Positions 60,729 through 64,000 of a DNA stretch of 64,000 nucleotides are shown piece after piece. The position numbers and the translations under genes were made by a program. The notes below the pieces were generated by a model. It worked only from the letters and a program-made list of their open reading frames with translations, searched no databases and was not told the origin of the DNA. Position 1 is the stretch's first letter. Every line of letters begins with the position of its first letter. This DNA comes from an uncultured Clostridia bacterium (GTDB lineage Bacteria; Bacillota; Clostridia; Christensenellales; Borkfalkiaceae), in assembly GCA_934278995.1 (NCBI GenBank), contig CAKQWM010000003.1, positions 62,516 to 126,515 of the forward strand, written 5' to 3'.

Positions 60729-61975
60729 TTTATCGTTACGACTTCGCCGTAAGGCGTAAAACGCGATTCAAAAAACGCTTTTACGCACTTTATCATAACT
60801 TCGACGTCGTTTTTACCCGCGGTTTCTATGCTTGAATGCATAGCAAGTTGCGCTAAACCTATATCAACGGAATTCATCTGAAGTTTTGCGCTTTCGATAA
60901 GCCCGAGCGTTCCGCCGCAACGGATATCCGAGTTATTATAGTAGTCCTGATATTTAATTCCGTGGTTGTCGAGAATGGTTTTGAGTACGGCTGACGAATA
61001 CCCGTCGGTAGAATAATTCGTGTGATGTTTTATAACTATTCCGCCGTTAAGATAAACTTTTTGCGAGGGATCGCTTTTTTCGGGGTGAGCGGGATGTACG
61101 GCGTGTCCGTTATCTACCGAAAGAATAAATCCGCTGTCTATGGCGGCATAATAATCGCCGTCCGTTTTACCGAGGTCGCAATTTACGCGTTTTAAAACCG
61201 AAGGCAAAAAATCCGAATAAGCGCCCTGCTTGGTATGACTGCCTATTTCTTCGTTATCGTAAAGACAGGCAACCGAAACGCCGTAATTGTTACAGTCGAT
61301 TATCCCGTTTAAAAGAGAAAAACAACTCGTAAGATTGTCTATTCTCGGCGAACAAATATATTCGTTATCCGCCCCGGAATAAAATGCTTTAACGGCAGGC
61401 GCGACAAAAATATCTCCGTCAACGATTTCCCCGTCACCGTACAAAACTTTATATAAATCGTCCTCTTTTCCTCCGATTAACGGCAACATATCGTTCTGCA
61501 CGGTAAGCAAAGCCTTTTCGTTGACTTCGGGATTATGATGAATACAAAGAGAAGGTATATTTACGTTAAAATCGCTGTCAACAAGTACGGTTTTTAAACC
61601 TTCTTCGGATTTTACGAAAAGCCTACCGCAAAGTTTAAGAGGAATGTTCATAAACGAGTAGCGTATAAGTCCTCCGTACGCCTCAACGTTTACGCGCTTA
61701 CCGCAGGGGCTGTCAAGAAGTTTTTTTCCCTTAACCCTTAACAGCGGAGAATCGGTATGCGCAAGCGCGATATTGAAAGCGTAATGAGATAAATCCCCTA
61801 CTTTAAAAGCAAGGATTGCGCTTCCGTTTTTTTCTATAAAATATTTACCGCCGACTTTCGCTTTAACGTTCGGTTCGTAAGGCAGAAACCCGTTTTCTAT
61901 AAGCATATTCTTACTTACTTTTACGGTTGCGAAAGCATTAGTCGAATTATTCAAGTAATCAAGTATATCCGTCAT
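60725..61975 (-). CDS. M18-family aminopeptidase
   Basis: An approximately 416-aa aminopeptidase-I / M18 fold. The start is assigned to the internal ATG (MTDILDY) to avoid a 60-nt overlap with engB. Confidence 0.7.
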   Translation of the reverse strand: MTDILDYLNNSTNAFATVKVSKNMLIENGFLPYEPNVKAKVGGKYFIEKNGSAILAFKVGDLSHYAFNIALAHTDSPLLRVKGKKLLDSPCGKRVNVEAYGGLIRYSFMNIPLKLCGRLFVKSEEGLKTVLVDSDFNVNIPSLCIHHNPEVNEKALLTVQNDMLPLIGGKEDDLYKVLYGDGEIVDGDIFVAPAVKAFYSGADNEYICSPRIDNLTSCFSLLNGIIDCNNYGVSVACLYDNEEIGSHTKQGAYSDFLPSVLKRVNCDLGKTDGDYYAAIDSGFILSVDNGHAVHPAHPEKSDPSQKVYLNGGIVIKHHTNYSTDGYSSAVLKTILDNHGIKYQDYYNNSDIRCGGTLGLIESAKLQMNSVDIGLAQLAMHSSIETAGKNDVEVMIKCVKAFFESRFTPYGEVVTIK

Positions 61976-61979
61976 AAAA

Positions 61980-62615
61980 TTATTCGGCGATTTCGCCGTC
62001 CTCACTGTAAAATTCTTCGTCTTCTTCAAAGCCGCGGGCAATCCTGACAGCGTTTTCTATAGCGTTAAGAACCTCTTCTTTACCGAGCCTTGTTTCGGCG
62101 GAAGTCGCTATCACGTTGTCTTTACCGAGGCCGAGTTTATTAGCAACGTAGCCCGCCTGAGTTTTTACTTTCGTTTTTGCGATTTTATCCGCTTTCGTAG
62201 CAACGAGCGTAAACGGAATGATTTCGGAATAAAACAAATTTATCATCAATTTATCTTCTTCCGTCGGATCGTGTCTTATATCGACAAGCGCAATCGCATG
62301 GGTAATTTTTGTACAATCGAAAAAATCACTTAACGTCCGTGCCCATTTTTCCTTTTCGCTCTTGCTTACCTTCGCGTAGCCGTAACCGGGTAAATCGGCA
62401 ATGATAAATTCCCCGAAATCAAAATAATTGACAAGCCTCGTACGACCGGGTGTGTTAGACGTTCTGGCAAGTTTTTTCTGATTTGCAAGCATGTTTATGA
62501 ACGAACTTTTGCCGACGTTAGACTTTCCGGCAACGCAAATTATAGGCTTTTCGGTGCGCAAAAAACCTTTTTTATCGGCTGCCGAAGTTATAAAAGTTGC
62601 GTTAACTATTTTCAT
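61980..62615 (-). CDS. engB: Ribosome biogenesis GTP-binding protein EngB/YsxC
   Basis: Carries GKSNVGKSSFINMLANQKKLARTSNTPGRTRLVNYF. The ORF is 211 aa and lies downstream of lon, as in Bacillus. Confidence 0.9.
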   Translation of the reverse strand: MKIVNATFITSAADKKGFLRTEKPIICVAGKSNVGKSSFINMLANQKKLARTSNTPGRTRLVNYFDFGEFIIADLPGYGYAKVSKSEKEKWARTLSDFFDCTKITHAIALVDIRHDPTEEDKLMINLFYSEIIPFTLVATKADKIAKTKVKTQAGYVANKLGLGKDNVIATSAETRLGKEEVLNAIENAVRIARGFEEDEEFYSEDGEIAE

Positions 62616-62616
62616 T

Positions 62617-64000
62617 TTACACCTTTAAATCGTCTATGGCAACGGCAAAAATCTCCGAAACGTCGCTTACGGGAATAAACGTAAGTTTATCCGCTATGTT
62701 TTTGGGAACGTCTTCGATGTCTTTAACGTTCTTTTTGGGTATAATTACTTTGTATATGCCTGCTCTGAAAGCCGCAAGCGATTTTTCTTTTAACCCGCCT
62801 ATCGGTAAAACCTTGCCTCTTAAAGTGATTTCACCCGTCATGGCGACGTCTTTGCGAACTTTTTTGTCCGTAAGAGCAGACAAAATGGCAGTCGCCATGG
62901 TAACGCCCGCGCTCGGACCGTCTTTCGGCGTCGCGCCTTCGGGAATATGAATATGAATATCCTTTTCGGTAAAAACTTTTTCGTCTATTCCGTAAATACC
63001 TGCGTGCGCGCGGATATAACTTATTGCCGCTCTCGCGCTTTCTTTCATTACGTCGCCGAGTTTACCCGTAAGCAAAATTTCGCCTTTGCCGGGCATAACG
63101 CTAACTTCGATAGTAAGCGTTGTTCCTCCGTACATAGTCCAGGCAAGCCCGGTTGCGGCGCCGACTTCGTCTGCTTCGAGATTATCGCTGTCGGAAAATC
63201 TCGGCGAACCCAAATAATCGGGCAAACTTTCGGGCGTAACGACTTGTTTTTTCAAAGCGCCTCTTTCGGCAAGTTTCGTCGCTATTTTTCTTAAAACGGC
63301 GTCTATCTGTCTTTCAAGATTTCTTACGCCCGCCTCCAAAGTATAACCTTTTATTATCGCATCAATCGCTTCGTCTGTAAATTTGACGTTTTTAGCCGTC
63401 AAGCCGTTTTTCTCAAGACGTTTCGGTATAAGATAAAGTTTTGCGATTTCGGCTTTTTCTTCCCTCGTATATCCGTCTAACGATATAACCTCCATACGGT
63501 CGAGCAAGGGCGCGGGAATGGTTTCGAGCGAGTTTGCCGTGGTAATGAACAAAACGTCGGATAAATCGTAAGGTATTTCGAGATACCTGTCACGGAAGGT
63601 TTTGTTCTGTTCGGGATCGAGAACTTCGAGTAGCGCGCTTGCGGGATCCCCTCTTAAATCGGACGATAATTTATCTATTTCGTCAAGCAAAAATACGGGA
63701 TTCGACACGCCTGCGTTCTTTATACCGTAAATAATCCTTCCGGGCATCGCGCCGATATAAGTTTTTCTATGCCCTCTTATTTCGGCTTCGTCTTTTACGC
63801 CGCCGAGGCTCATTCTCACGAATTTTCTGTCAAGCGCCCTCGCTATTGAAGTAGCGACCGAGGTTTTACCTACGCCCGGAGGTCCTACAAGGCATAGAAT
63901 AGAACTGCCGACTTTCTTCGTAAGTTTTAATACGGCAAGATACTCGACGATTCTTTCCTTGACTTTTTCAAGCCCGAAATGATCGCCGTCGAGAATTTTT
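62617..64000 (-). CDS. lon: ATP-dependent protease Lon, C-terminal portion (N-terminus lies outside the window)
   Basis: The reading frame is open to the window edge. It carries the AAA+ Walker [10 protein letters not shown] and the protease domain [17 protein letters not shown] with the catalytic Ser. Confidence 0.92.
   Translation of the reverse strand, partial: KILDGDHFGLEKVKERIVEYLAVLKLTKKVGSSILCLVGPPGVGKTSVATSIARALDRKFVRMSLGGVKDEAEIRGHRKTYIGAMPGRIIYGIKNAGVSNPVFLLDEIDKLSSDLRGDPASALLEVLDPEQNKTFRDRYLEIPYDLSDVLFITTANSLETIPAPLLDRMEVISLDGYTREEKAEIAKLYLIPKRLEKNGLTAKNVKFTDEAIDAIIKGYTLEAGVRNLERQIDAVLRKIATKLAERGALKKQVVTPESLPDYLGSPRFSDSDNLEADEVGAATGLAWTMYGGTTLTIEVSVMPGKGEILLTGKLGDVMKESARAAISYIRAHAGIYGIDEKVFTEKDIHIHIPEGATPKDGPSAGVTMATAILSALTDKKVRKDVAMTGEITLRGKVLPIGGLKEKSLAAFRAGIYKVIIPKKNVKDIEDVPKNIADKLTFIPVSDVSEIFAVAIDDLKV

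Overview
The window is low-GC Firmicutes chromosomal DNA. An intact pro-sigma-K gene points to a Clostridia-type spore-former. Almost all of it is conserved housekeeping sequence with no sign of a mobile island. Genes present, in order: smc (3' part)-ftsY; an HxxxD acyltransferase coupled to a zinc-ribbon membrane protein; a stand-alone ComEC-type MBL protein; murC; a membrane-anchored PadR-like regulator; a tyrosine recombinase; hflX; an APH-fold kinase; hrcA-grpE-dnaK-dnaJ with a CIRCE operator; folA-thyA; an SDR; sigK; the rnj-trmR-trhP(U32) cluster; valS; a NitT/TauT-type ABC transporter; a YkvI-like membrane protein; a CDF transporter; pgi; a sugar-phosphate isomerase; hpf; clpC-mcsB-mcsA with no ctsR; galU; upp; rpiB-ywlE-tsaC; the replicative helicase; pepF; degV; lepB; an alpha/beta hydrolase; sbcCD; the primosomal dnaB(DnaD-like)-dnaI pair; a yccF-like gene; cdaA; holA with a comEC that lacks its MBL domain; an MBL hydrolase; an M18 aminopeptidase; engB; lon (3' part, - strand). 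The items most worth a second look are: (1) an orphan ~230-nt structured RNA candidate with its own consensus promoter and intrinsic terminator at 60.46-60.73 kb; (2) the coupled HxxxD-acyltransferase/zinc-ribbon membrane gene pair; (3) the 613-aa PadR regulator with a ~370-aa charged linker and a C-terminal membrane anchor; (4) a 17-bp perfect palindrome and a tandem 15-bp repeat beside the recombinase promoter; (5) a ComEC channel gene without its nuclease domain while a ComEC-like MBL protein is encoded 54 kb away; (6) an mcsA-mcsB-clpC operon without CtsR. No CRISPR array, IS element or prophage signal was seen.
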